Notes: generated by a model not told the origin, from the sequence alone. A stretch of DNA of 59,117 nucleotides, filler included, from 6 parts of 6 records of this genome joined end to end with filler, not necessarily neighbours in it; one strand, 5' to 3'; shown: positions 1 through 9,184, counted from the whole stretch's first letter. Numbers and translations are program-made.

Positions 1-1
1 A

Positions 2-1000
2 ATGACTGTACTTGTAACGGGTGGCGCAGGTTATATCGGTAGCCACGCAGCGCTTGCACTTCTGGATGCCGGGCGACATGTCGTCGTCCTCGATAACCTT
101 AGTCAGGGGCACCGCTGGGCTGTTCCGGCCGGGGCTGCCTTTGTCGAAGGTGACTGCGGCGATTATGAGCTGGTTGGCAAACTCATCACCGATCACGATG
201 TGACGGCAATCATGCATTTTGCGGGCTCGATCATCGTGCCGGAATCGGTCGTTTATCCGCTTGATTATTACTACAACAACACGGTGAATTCCCGTGCGCT
301 TGCACAGGCCACTGTTGATGCCGGTATCCGGCATTTCATCTTTTCCTCGACCGCAGGTGTTTATGGTGAACCGGCCAAAACCCCGATCCTTGAAGATTTC
401 CCGTCAAAACCGATTTCGCCTTATGGCACGTCGAAAATGATGACGGAAAAGATGCTGGCCGATGCCTCGGTTGCCCATGACATGAATTATGTCGCATTGC
501 GCTATTTCAATGTTGCCGGTGCGGATCCCAAAGGTCGGGCAGGGCAGACGTCACGCAAGGCGACCCATCTGATCAAGATCGCAAGCCAGGCCGCGACCGG
601 TGTCCGCTCGCATCTGGAAATCTATGGCGAAGATTACGAAACCCCCGATGGCACCTGTATTCGCGATTACATCCATGTTTCCGACCTTGCCAATGCGCAT
701 GTTCTTGCATTGGAATATCTGGAAAATGGTGGCGAAAGCGACGTGATGAATTGTGGTTACGGTCGCGGTTTCTCCGTCAAGGAAGTGATTTCGGCGGTCA
801 AGGAAGTATCAGGCGTTGATTTCCCGGTCAAACTGGCCGAACGCCGGCCGGGTGATCCTGCGGCGCTGATTGCCGGAGCAGACCGTGTTCGTGAAAAACT
901 CGGTTGGGTGCCGAAACATGATGATCTTGAAATGATCGTGCGTCATGCCCTTGACTGGGAGGAAAGCCTGAAAAACCGTCAGGTGGTCGACGCCGCATAA
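2..1000 (+). CDS. galE: UDP-glucose 4-epimerase
   Basis: TGGAGYIGSH Rossmann motif, YGTSK (YxxxK), LRYFNVAGA, DGTCIRDYIHV. Confidence 0.95.
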   Translation: MTVLVTGGAGYIGSHAALALLDAGRHVVVLDNLSQGHRWAVPAGAAFVEGDCGDYELVGKLITDHDVTAIMHFAGSIIVPESVVYPLDYYYNNTVNSRALAQATVDAGIRHFIFSSTAGVYGEPAKTPILEDFPSKPISPYGTSKMMTEKMLADASVAHDMNYVALRYFNVAGADPKGRAGQTSRKATHLIKIASQAATGVRSHLEIYGEDYETPDGTCIRDYIHVSDLANAHVLALEYLENGGESDVMNCGYGRGFSVKEVISAVKEVSGVDFPVKLAERRPGDPAALIAGADRVREKLGWVPKHDDLEMIVRHALDWEESLKNRQVVDAA

Positions 1001-1061
1001 CACCCGAGCGCCAAGAAGGGAGGAAACGTCCATTACGAGCAAGCGGTTCAGAAGGATCAAA

Positions 1062-2300
1062 ATGGCCCGAACCGCAATAGCAGGAGTACCAGAAATGAGC
1101 CAGATAACCCCCTCCACTGGCCAGAGGCCCCGTATCGGCGTTCTCATGCCGGCAGGCAGAGTTGTCGAAAATGTCGGAGTGGTAACGCATACTTTTGGAT
1201 CCCCGGAAAAAGCCACTCGGCTATTTACCAATATCGGTGACTGCTTCGTCTATGACTCATCCCTGAGAATTCTTGATTACGCTGAACTCTATCCTATTTA
1301 TGCTTCGGCCAATGGCGATATTTCAGAAGCCCAGATCGAAAAAATCAACCTGCTTGATTATCTGTTTCTGCGCGGATCGAATTACATCCATACCAACGGT
1401 CAATGGGATCCGATCATTCGGGTGTTGGAGCGAACCAAAGTTCCGGTAATTGCATTTGGTATTGGTGTGCAAACACCTGACAATTCGGAAGACTACGTCA
1501 ATGAGTCGACCAAGCGTTTCCTTCAAATCGTATCTCATCGGTCGGCAACGCTGGGGGTGCGCGGGAATCTTTCGAAAAAGGCGCTGAACTCGATTGGGAT
1601 CAAGAATGTCCGCGTTTTTGGGTGTCCGACGGCGTTCCGCCACTGCAAACCGAAACTCAGTCTCCCCCGCATCAAGGCCAACGAAATTAAAAGGCTTGGT
1701 TTTACCCTAAGGCGCAAAACACATGGTTTTGGGACGCTGCAACGCTATTTGATGCGCACACTTGCGGAACGATATCAGACCGAATTCCTGTGTGCGGGTG
1801 AACTGGAAGAAAAGGCCATTTTCTATGCCCGCTGCAACCAGATTGCCAACGCGGACGAAGTGATGGCAAAGGCCGTCAACCAGCTTATCAAGGAACGCTG
1901 GCTTTATGGTGAAAACGACCCGATCTTGCAACTGTATAAATCGTCACTGGCGGTTTTCGAAACGGTGGCAGATTTCGAGGAAGCAGAACAGCATCTTGAT
2001 GCCGTAACCGGCTTCCGTCTGCATGGTAATCTTCTGGCGCTCGCCAACGAAGTGCCAGCGCTTTACATCACCTACGACACGCGAACTCGCGAATTTGTCA
2101 AAACGCTGGGCATTCCGCATGTCGACGGTCGCTATATCGACAAGTTTTCCTTCGAAGAAGCCTGGGATCAGGCAGATTTCGGCCATTTCGAGGAAACCTA
2201 CCAGATGCGGTTTGGCGAACTTAAAACCTTCCTTGAAGAGAACGGCATGGCGCACCGCCTTGGTGCAACTCCGACCCCATACGTGGTCGAGGCGGCGTGA
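1062..2300 (+). CDS. Polysaccharide pyruvyltransferase family protein
   Basis: NIGD, GIGVQ, GVRG, FGCPT, GFRLHG and DTRTRE motifs typical of the family; alternative ATG at 1095 also has an AGGAG RBS. Confidence 0.8.
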   Translation: MARTAIAGVPEMSQITPSTGQRPRIGVLMPAGRVVENVGVVTHTFGSPEKATRLFTNIGDCFVYDSSLRILDYAELYPIYASANGDISEAQIEKINLLDYLFLRGSNYIHTNGQWDPIIRVLERTKVPVIAFGIGVQTPDNSEDYVNESTKRFLQIVSHRSATLGVRGNLSKKALNSIGIKNVRVFGCPTAFRHCKPKLSLPRIKANEIKRLGFTLRRKTHGFGTLQRYLMRTLAERYQTEFLCAGELEEKAIFYARCNQIANADEVMAKAVNQLIKERWLYGENDPILQLYKSSLAVFETVADFEEAEQHLDAVTGFRLHGNLLALANEVPALYITYDTRTREFVKTLGIPHVDGRYIDKFSFEEAWDQADFGHFEETYQMRFGELKTFLEENGMAHRLGATPTPYVVEAA

Positions 2301-2372
2301 TCAATGCTGCGCGGGCGTGGCCGGTTTTCCTAGTGCCGGTCATGCCTGTGTTTCTTTTCGTTTCAAACGGTA

Positions 2373-3575
2373 ATGGATGGCGACGTGTTAACCAGATCGC
2401 ATTTCCGCTACGCGGCAGTATTGATTGCGACCGTCTTTTCCGGCGGCAGCATACTTGCTTTCTCATCTCCGAATTCCTCGGCGCTTGAATTGACCGTCAA
2501 GGGACCGGAAAAAGTCATTTTTGACAGTGACGTTGCGGGTTGTGATTCACATCATTTGCCCGATGCGCCAGCACGTGCCTTTCGCGATGATAAGGGGCGC
2601 ATGATCCTGTTTGCGCCGAATTTTCAGAACCGGGCATTTGTCGGGTATGGTTTCGATAGCCTGAAACCCGATTGCGACAGCCGGTTTATGGCGGCAGGCA
2701 AGGCGCGGCCCGATCTTCTCGATGACCGCACCTGGATCCACGCCATTTACACCAATGATGGCAGAAATGTTTATGCACTGGGCAGTGCCAGCTTCATGCC
2801 GTATCGGCACGAAATGCCCTGCAAGGGACGGACAAAGCGGATTGATTGCTGGATCAACGGATTGGTAACGCTGAAATCGACCGATGGTGGCAAGACATTT
2901 GATTATCTGGGAAAACCGCCTCATCACGCACCCTTTCCGCCACCCGAACCTTATCGCGATGACCGCAAACGTGCGCCAAGCTACGTAACCGTGACCAACA
3001 TCATCAATTGGCAGAATTATCTTTATGCCATTGTCTGGCGACGGGAAGAGGAATGGAAAAATTCGCGCAATTGTCTGGTCCGCGCCCCCGCCAATGACCC
3101 GTCAAGCTGGCAGGTTTGGGATGGCGAGGATTTCATCGACGCTGCCCGCCTGACTGAAAACGTATGGCATGTCAAACAGACTGATTGCGCCCGAGTTGGT
3201 CCAAGAGGCATTACCTCGATCCGGGGGCTGGTGCGACACGAAGGCACCAATAACTTTATTGCGATCTATCAGCACCGGCAACGCAACAAGGACGGTACAG
3301 ATCGTCACGGAATCTTTTATTCGACGTCGGCAGATATGAAAAACTGGTCGGATCCGCAGTTCCTTCTGGATGAGGATCTGGACCCCGATGCCGGACCGGG
3401 GGATCCGTTTGCCGCCTATGCCACCATGATTGATGAAGACAGTCAGGATCGGCTTTTTAGCACTGTGGATGACGAGGCCAGCCTCGTGTTCGTGCGTTTG
3501 ATCCCAAAGCCTCATAACGGGAAGTGGCGGGTGCCGCGACAGTTGGTACGTTTTCCCGTTTCCATCAGGAAGTAA
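2373..3575 (+). CDS. Secreted beta-propeller protein, sialidase/glycoside hydrolase-like
   Basis: N-terminal signal-like segment; Asp-box STDGGKTF and a second STSADMKNW; beta-rich; co-oriented in a polysaccharide gene cluster. Confidence 0.55.
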   Translation: MDGDVLTRSHFRYAAVLIATVFSGGSILAFSSPNSSALELTVKGPEKVIFDSDVAGCDSHHLPDAPARAFRDDKGRMILFAPNFQNRAFVGYGFDSLKPDCDSRFMAAGKARPDLLDDRTWIHAIYTNDGRNVYALGSASFMPYRHEMPCKGRTKRIDCWINGLVTLKSTDGGKTFDYLGKPPHHAPFPPPEPYRDDRKRAPSYVTVTNIINWQNYLYAIVWRREEEWKNSRNCLVRAPANDPSSWQVWDGEDFIDAARLTENVWHVKQTDCARVGPRGITSIRGLVRHEGTNNFIAIYQHRQRNKDGTDRHGIFYSTSADMKNWSDPQFLLDEDLDPDAGPGDPFAAYATMIDEDSQDRLFSTVDDEASLVFVRLIPKPHNGKWRVPRQLVRFPVSIRK

Positions 3576-3587
3576 AAGGATAAGGCC

Positions 3588-4211
3588 ATGGAATTTGATC
3601 GTTTTGACATTGACGGGCCGGTGCTTTTTGTCCCCAACCGTCATCGTGACCCGCGTGGAACATTTGCCGAAACCTTCCGCGAGGATGAATTTCGTGCGGC
3701 AATTGGCGATGTAACACTCGTGCAGGAAAACCAGTCCATCAGCAAACCGATCAACACCATTCGTGGTTTGCATTACCAATCTGAACCCCATGTTCAGGGT
3801 AAGCTGGTCCGGGTGACAACGGGGGAGATCATGGATATCGCCGTTGATATCCGCCCGCATTCACCGACTTTCGGGCAGCATATCAAGATCAAACTGTCGG
3901 CGGAAAACTGGTATCAGCTATGGATACCGCCGGGATTTGCCCATGGTTTCCGTACCATGCGGCCCGACACCACCGTGATTTACAAGGTGTCGGATTATTA
4001 CAGCCCTGAAAATGACCGTGGGATCGCGTGGAATGACCCTGATCTTCAGATCGATTGGGAATTATTTGGTCAGCAGCCCGTACTATCGGAAAAAGACAGA
4101 GCGCAGCCCGCATTGATCGAACTGTTTTCAGTTGATGTTGCGCGTGCGGCGGCGGCGCATCATGCTCTTGCCAGGGATATCGGGCGTTATCACGCGTCGA
4201 CGGGTGATTGA
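3588..4211 (+). CDS. rfbC: dTDP-4-dehydrorhamnose 3,5-epimerase
   Basis: DPRGTFAE, IRGLHYQ, QGKLVRV, IPPGFAHGF, GIAWNDP, LSEKD; RBS present. Confidence 0.95.
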   Translation: MEFDRFDIDGPVLFVPNRHRDPRGTFAETFREDEFRAAIGDVTLVQENQSISKPINTIRGLHYQSEPHVQGKLVRVTTGEIMDIAVDIRPHSPTFGQHIKIKLSAENWYQLWIPPGFAHGFRTMRPDTTVIYKVSDYYSPENDRGIAWNDPDLQIDWELFGQQPVLSEKDRAQPALIELFSVDVARAAAAHHALARDIGRYHASTGD

Positions 4212-5320
4212 TATAGCGGGGCCAGCGCAATCAGGCTTTCGTCCGGGATTTTATCGTTGATTGCGTTGATGTTCTTTTCAAGCGTCCTGCCCAGGGCGTG
4301 CACCAGGACCTTTTCCACTTTGCCGTCATTGGCCATTTGCAAAAGGATGGATAAAGATTCTGTGACGCTGAAGGGTTCTTTGTAGGATCGCCGTTCAAGC
4401 AGCGCACCCATGATATCGCAAACGGTCAGAATACGGGTCAGATCGCGAATTTGGTCACCTGACAGGCCATCAGGGTAGCCAGTGCCGTTCAGGAATTCAT
4501 GATGATGCAGGATGGCATCCAGAACGTCTTCGTCAATGCCGCCTTGCCGGGAAAGGAACCGGTAACCCGCCAAGGGATGGGTACGGATGACGTCAAACTC
4601 TTCGGGGGTTAATTTTCCCGGCTTATCAAGGATTGCAGCCGGGATATCGACCTTGCCGATATCATGCAGCAATCCGGCGATGGTCAGCTTTTCGATATCG
4701 CCGCGCCGCATTCCCATTGCAGTAGCAAACGAGCAGGCAAGACCGGTTACGATCAGGATGTGCTGGAAGGTTGTCTGGTGATATGCCCGCACCGTCGATA
4801 GCCATTCATTTACACCGACATCGCCAATGGTTTTTGCAACTTCCTCGCCGGTTGCCGCAACTTCGTCAAGGTCGACGGGCCTGTTTGCTCCGAACTGGGT
4901 AAAGGTGTTTTCCAGTGTCTTTGCTGCTGCGTTTATCGCTTTGGTCGCTGTCGGGGTAAATATGCCCTCCGCCTCGCGAATGTCTTCGATAATCTTTGCC
5001 AGCCCGACATCGTTTAACGGTTTGTGCGTTGTCTTGCGCGCGCCAAGAGTGGTCGCCTGCAATTCTTCCTGCAGGTTGCCTTTGGTGATCGCGAAAATCT
5101 GTTTGCAGCGGGCAGGAGCCGTTTTGCGAAACGCTGTCAGCTTGGTGATATTATCGGCCTTCGCAAGATCGATATCCAGAACGATGGTTTGCGCATCCAG
5201 CGGAATTTTATCAGCAATGGACGAGACCCGAATGTCAAAACCAAGCAGGGATACCGGCATCAAAGCCGTGCGGTCGCTTTCGCACACGACATGCAATATG
5301 TTTTGGGTTCCGGTGGTCAA
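4190..5320 (-). CDS. HD-GYP c-di-GMP phosphodiesterase with degenerate receiver-like N-terminus
   Basis: LLHDIGK, KPGKLT, HHE, GTGYPDGL, R-x-YK; TTG start uncertain. Confidence 0.85.
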   Translation of the reverse strand: MTTGTQNILHVVCESDRTALMPVSLLGFDIRVSSIADKIPLDAQTIVLDIDLAKADNITKLTAFRKTAPARCKQIFAITKGNLQEELQATTLGARKTTHKPLNDVGLAKIIEDIREAEGIFTPTATKAINAAAKTLENTFTQFGANRPVDLDEVAATGEEVAKTIGDVGVNEWLSTVRAYHQTTFQHILIVTGLACSFATAMGMRRGDIEKLTIAGLLHDIGKVDIPAAILDKPGKLTPEEFDVIRTHPLAGYRFLSRQGGIDEDVLDAILHHHEFLNGTGYPDGLSGDQIRDLTRILTVCDIMGALLERRSYKEPFSVTESLSILLQMANDGKVEKVLVHALGRTLEKNINAINDKIPDESLIALAPLYQSPVDA

Positions 5321-5417
5321 CGAAGTGCCATGAGACTGAATTCCTGCCCGATATTATCGCTTTTATTCGTATGAATATAAGATTTTATCAAGCAATTAGA
5401 AGCCTCTAATCAAAAAA

Positions 5418-6422
5418 TTATGCGGCCAGTGCTGCAATCACCTGTTGTTTGCTTAAGATGCCGACCGTTTCTTGCCTGTCGTTAATCACGGCCATTGATC
5501 CCTCGGTCGCCAGTGCGACGGGCAGGATATCTTCAAGGCGCATGTCCCCGGCAATCCTGGGCCAACCCGCATTGACGTCGCTGCCATTTGCAACGGGCTG
5601 CATCAAGGTACGGGCACGCAGTACCCGTGATCTGTTCACATCGCGGGTGAAGGCACGTACATACGCATCAGCGGGCTGCATGATGATTTCTTCGGGTCGA
5701 CCGACCTGAATGAGTTTGCCATCCTTCAGGATCGCAATCCGGTCGCCCAGTTTAAGTGCTTCGTCCAGATCATGGGTAATGAACACGATGGTTTTATGAA
5801 GCTCGCCCTGAAGTTTCATCAACTCATCCTGCATGTCATTGCGGATGAGTGGATCAAGGGCTGAAAATGCCTCGTCCATCAGAAGGACTTCGGGATCGGT
5901 TGTTAAAGCACGGGCAAGGCCCACGCGCTGCTGCATGCCGCCTGAAAGCTGATCGGGGAATTTATCTTCGTATCCGGCAAGGCCGACCCGTTCGATCCAG
6001 TTGCGAGCCGCATCGTCGCGTGGTTTGCGATCAATCCCCTGAATTTCCAAACCATAGCCGACATTGTCGATCACACTGCGGTGGGGCAAAAGCCCGAAGC
6101 GCTGAAACACCATGCCAAGCCTTTTGCGCCGAAATGCATTCAATTCACTGATGCTCATGGCAAGGATATCAGTGCCGTCAAAAAGGACTTCGCCTGACGT
6201 CGGATCAATCAGACGGTTCAGATGCCGGATCAGGGTTGATTTTCCTGACCCTGAAAGCCCCATAACCACAAATGTTTCACCCCGTTCGACAGAGAGTGAT
6301 ACATCATGCAGGCCGACCGTATGGCCGGTCTTGGCAAGGATTTCATCCTTATCGGCACCGTCCTGCGCCAGTTTAAGTGCTGTTTGCGGATCCGGGCCGA
6401 AGATTTTGAAAATATTGCGGAT
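5418..6422 (-). CDS. Glycine betaine/proline ABC transporter ATP-binding subunit (ProV/OpuAA family), 5' truncated
   Basis: Frame stays open to the contig edge (IRNIFKIFGPDP...); GLSGSGKS, LSGGMQQR, DEAFSALDPLIR. Confidence 0.9.
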   Translation of the reverse strand: MRNIFKIFGPDPQTALKLAQDGADKDEILAKTGHTVGLHDVSLSVERGETFVVMGLSGSGKSTLIRHLNRLIDPTSGEVLFDGTDILAMSISELNAFRRKRLGMVFQRFGLLPHRSVIDNVGYGLEIQGIDRKPRDDAARNWIERVGLAGYEDKFPDQLSGGMQQRVGLARALTTDPEVLLMDEAFSALDPLIRNDMQDELMKLQGELHKTIVFITHDLDEALKLGDRIAILKDGKLIQVGRPEEIIMQPADAYVRAFTRDVNRSRVLRARTLMQPVANGSDVNAGWPRIAGDMRLEDILPVALATEGSMAVINDRQETVGILSKQQVIAALAA

Positions 6423-6423
6423 T

Positions 6424-6523
6424 NNNNNNNNNNNNNNNNNNNNNNNNNNNNNNNNNNNNNNNNNNNNTTAATTAATTAANNNNNNNNNNNNNNNNNNNNN
6501 NNNNNNNNNNNNNNNNNNNNNNN
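6424..6523. other. Artificial contig spacer
   Basis: 44 N + TTAATTAATTAA (stops in all six frames) + 44 N. Confidence 0.99.
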
Positions 6524-6527
6524 GGTC

Positions 6528-6580
6528 AAAAAGAAACGGCCCTGCTGTGGAGGAGCAGGGCCGTTTCAGAGGGAAGAGAC
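6528..6580 (-). ncRNA. Candidate anti-Shine-Dalgarno small RNA / terminator hairpin (cuckoo- or suhB-like)
   Basis: Minus strand TCTCTTCCCTCT-GAAACGGCCCTGCT-CCTCCAC-AGCAGGGCCGTTTC-TTTTT: perfect 14-bp stem, CUCCUCC at the loop, U-tail. Confidence 0.45.
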
Positions 6581-6617
6581 AAAAAATACCGCAAGGATCA
6601 TGAACCGTGATCCTGCG
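6581..6617 (-). terminator. Rho-independent terminator-like hairpin
   Basis: Minus strand CGCAGGATCA..TGATCCTTGCG stem (one bulge) followed by GTATTTTTT. Confidence 0.55.
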
Positions 6618-6660
6618 CTTCGTCATAAGGCATAAAACCAATTCGGGCGGGACTGATCCT

Positions 6661-6852
6661 TCAATCCTTGCCTTTGGTGTCTTCTGGTCCGGTTGGGGAC
6701 CGGTCAGAAACATCATCCGTCAGATGGGCAGGGCCTGTATCAAGACCATGTGCAGCTCTTTGACCAGCGGTCAGGCGCTCAAGGCCATCATAGGCCGTCT
6801 GACGACGACGAGATTGTACGACACTCAGGGCAGTAATAGGAAAACGGATCAC
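6661..6852 (-). CDS. Small protein, DUF1127 (YjiS/CcaF1)-like, possibly degenerate
   Basis: RRRQTAYDGLERLTAGQRAAHGLD resembles the DUF1127 pattern R-rich..LxxL(S/T)xxxLxDIGL; AGGAG upstream, but the nearest ATG (6859) is out of frame. Confidence 0.4.
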   Translation of the reverse strand: MIRFPITALSVVQSRRRQTAYDGLERLTAGQRAAHGLDTGPAHLTDDVSDRSPTGPEDTKGKD

Positions 6853-6916
6853 CGTTCATGGTCTCCTGCAAATTGACGTCCCGACGGGCCATCTTTTTGT
6901 CACGGAGATGTAATAG

Positions 6917-6932
6917 GTTAATCTTTAACTAA
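6917..6932 (-). promoter_or_regulatory. Possible CtrA box
   Basis: Minus strand TTAG-N7-TTAAC, one mismatch to TTAA-N7-TTAAC. Confidence 0.3.
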
Positions 6933-7095
6933 TTTGTATTGCGAAGCTTGCAACGCATTCATTCGCCTGACGCATGTGAGGTGTAACGGTATGAAAAAGT
7001 GGCGTAAAATTCCCCGATTGCCTTTGATACTTGCGCCGTATCAGGAATAACCCTTACATAGATCAACTGCCCCACGATTTTAAAAGAGGATATTC

Positions 7096-9120
7096 ATGGC
7101 CATTTCCGGTGATGCTCAACTTGCCGCACTTCTTGAACGCAACAATGTCGACAAGGATGTTAGCGCTGTCATTGATCTGGTCGATGGCGTTCTTGCCGCG
7201 GCGGACGGCGATACCCGTGCCGATTGGATTGACTTGATCGCAACGTCACCAGATGACGAGCTTAAGGCTGCCTTGTTGGCGCTGCGTGATGAACGCAAAC
7301 CGCTGTTCAAGATGGCGGAAGACGGTTTTGATCCGGTAGAACGTGTCGCATCACTGCGCACCTATCTTGCTGCAAAAGGTGTTGATGGATTTATCGTCCC
7401 GCGTGCCGATGAACATCAGGGCGAGCGTGTGCCGCTCCGCGCCGAGCGTCTGGAATGGCTGACCGGCTTCACCGGGTCGGCAGGCGCCGCTGTTGTTCTG
7501 TCAGACAAGGCTGCAATATTTGTTGATGGACGTTACACCATTCAAGTGCGCCAGGAAGTCAGCCGCGACCAGTTTGAATATCGTCATCTGGTCGATGAAC
7601 CGGTTGTGGGCTGGCTGCATGATAATCTGAAATCGGGGCAGAAACTGGCCTATGATCCGTGGGTGCATACCGTTCAGCAGGCCAACCATCTGCGCGCCGC
7701 CTGTGAGGGGATCGGGGCGGAACTGATCGCCATTGATACCAACCCGATTGATGCCCTGTGGCACGGGCAACCGGCCATGCCGCTTGGGCCGATACGTCCG
7801 CATCCGATGGAATATTCGGGTAAATCAACGGCTGAGAAGCGCGACCAGATTGCCGGGCTTCTATCGCGTATTTCATGTGACAGTGCGATCCTTTCTGCGC
7901 CGGACAGCATTGCGTGGTTGTTGAATATTCGCGGTGCCGATGTGTCGCAAACACCGCTTGCACTGGGCTATGCGATCATTCACAGCGACGCGTCGGTCGA
8001 ATTGTTTATGGATGAACGCAAACTTGTCAGCGAGACGGTCGAATGGCTTTCGAACGAGGCAACCTTGCGTGCGCCGGGCGAACTGGGCGAAGCCCTTTTG
8101 GCGATGGGCAATCAGTCTGTGCGCCTTGATGAGGCAACCGCGGGTGACTGGTTGCGCATGCAACTTGCCAAGGCCGGGGCAACCGTTCGTGTGGGCCGTG
8201 ATCCGGTAGCGATTCCCAAAGCATGCAAGAATGATGTGGAACTTGAAGGATCGCGCAAAGCCCATAAACGCGACGGCGAAAAGATCATCCGTTATTTCAA
8301 ATGGCTTGATGAAAATGCGGCAGATGGCAGCATGGATGAACGTGTTGCCGCCGACAAACTGCTTTCGCTTCGCGCCGAAGACCCGTTGTTCCGCGATTCC
8401 AGTTTTGAAACCATTCCGGGCAGCGGCCCGAATGGTGCACTTTGCCATTATCGCAACACACCGCAAAGCAACCGCAACCTGACACCCGGCGAGATTTTCC
8501 TGGTTGATTCCGGCGGCCAGTATCTTGATGGCACGACCGATATCACCCGGACCACAGTGATTGGCAATCCATCGCAAGAACACCGTGATCGGTTTACCCG
8601 TGTTCTGAAAGGTCACATTGCGTTGGCACGTGCAATTTTCCCGGTTGGCACCACGGGCCAGCAGCTTGACACCTTGGCGCGGATGCCGTTGTGGGAAGCC
8701 GGGCTTGATTTCGATCATGGAACCGGGCACGGGGTTGGCAGTTATCTTGGTGTGCATGAAGGCCCGCAGCGGATTTCCAAAGCACCAAACAAGATTGCCC
8801 TGAAACCGGGCATGATCCTGTCGAACGAACCGGGATTCTATAAGGAAGGCGAATACGGTATCCGGATCGAGAACCTGATTGCGGTAACCGAAATCGACGC
8901 CCCGATTGGTGCTGACCGCAAGATGCTGGGGTTCGAGACGCTTACCTTCTCGCCGATTGAACGCAAATTGATTGACCCTGAACTGATGTCAACGGACGAG
9001 CTTCAGTGGCTCAACGATTATCATGCGCAGGTCTATGGCATGTATGCCGATGATCTAGATGAAGATCACCTTGAATGGCTGCAAAAGGCTACAGCACCGA
9101 TCAAAAAGAAACGTATCTGA
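7096..9120 (+). CDS. Xaa-Pro aminopeptidase (aminopeptidase P, M24B) with extra N-terminal domain
   Basis: DSGGQYLDGTTDITRT, HGTGHGVG..VHEGP, NEPGFY, IRIENL metal ligands; GAGG RBS. Confidence 0.93.
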   Translation: MAISGDAQLAALLERNNVDKDVSAVIDLVDGVLAAADGDTRADWIDLIATSPDDELKAALLALRDERKPLFKMAEDGFDPVERVASLRTYLAAKGVDGFIVPRADEHQGERVPLRAERLEWLTGFTGSAGAAVVLSDKAAIFVDGRYTIQVRQEVSRDQFEYRHLVDEPVVGWLHDNLKSGQKLAYDPWVHTVQQANHLRAACEGIGAELIAIDTNPIDALWHGQPAMPLGPIRPHPMEYSGKSTAEKRDQIAGLLSRISCDSAILSAPDSIAWLLNIRGADVSQTPLALGYAIIHSDASVELFMDERKLVSETVEWLSNEATLRAPGELGEALLAMGNQSVRLDEATAGDWLRMQLAKAGATVRVGRDPVAIPKACKNDVELEGSRKAHKRDGEKIIRYFKWLDENAADGSMDERVAADKLLSLRAEDPLFRDSSFETIPGSGPNGALCHYRNTPQSNRNLTPGEIFLVDSGGQYLDGTTDITRTTVIGNPSQEHRDRFTRVLKGHIALARAIFPVGTTGQQLDTLARMPLWEAGLDFDHGTGHGVGSYLGVHEGPQRISKAPNKIALKPGMILSNEPGFYKEGEYGIRIENLIAVTEIDAPIGADRKMLGFETLTFSPIERKLIDPELMSTDELQWLNDYHAQVYGMYADDLDEDHLEWLQKATAPIKKKRI

Positions 9121-9152
9121 TTTTGGTTGGCTTTGCCGCGATGTGAAAAACG

Positions 9153-9184
9153 AAAGCCGCCCTGCCAAACGGGGCGGTTTTTTC
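9153..9184 (+). terminator. Rho-independent terminator
   Basis: AAAGCCGCCCTG..CGGGGCGGTTTTTT just after the stop codon. Confidence 0.75.

Noticed and set aside
5418-6422. Gene duplication between this ABC ATPase and the one at 39017-40069
   Set aside because: They are on different contigs with different codon style, so they are most likely homologs from different organisms.
6468-6479. TTAATTAATTAA repeated five times as a biological repeat or CRISPR-like element
   Set aside because: It is always centred in N runs of fixed length, so it is an artificial all-frame-stop linker.
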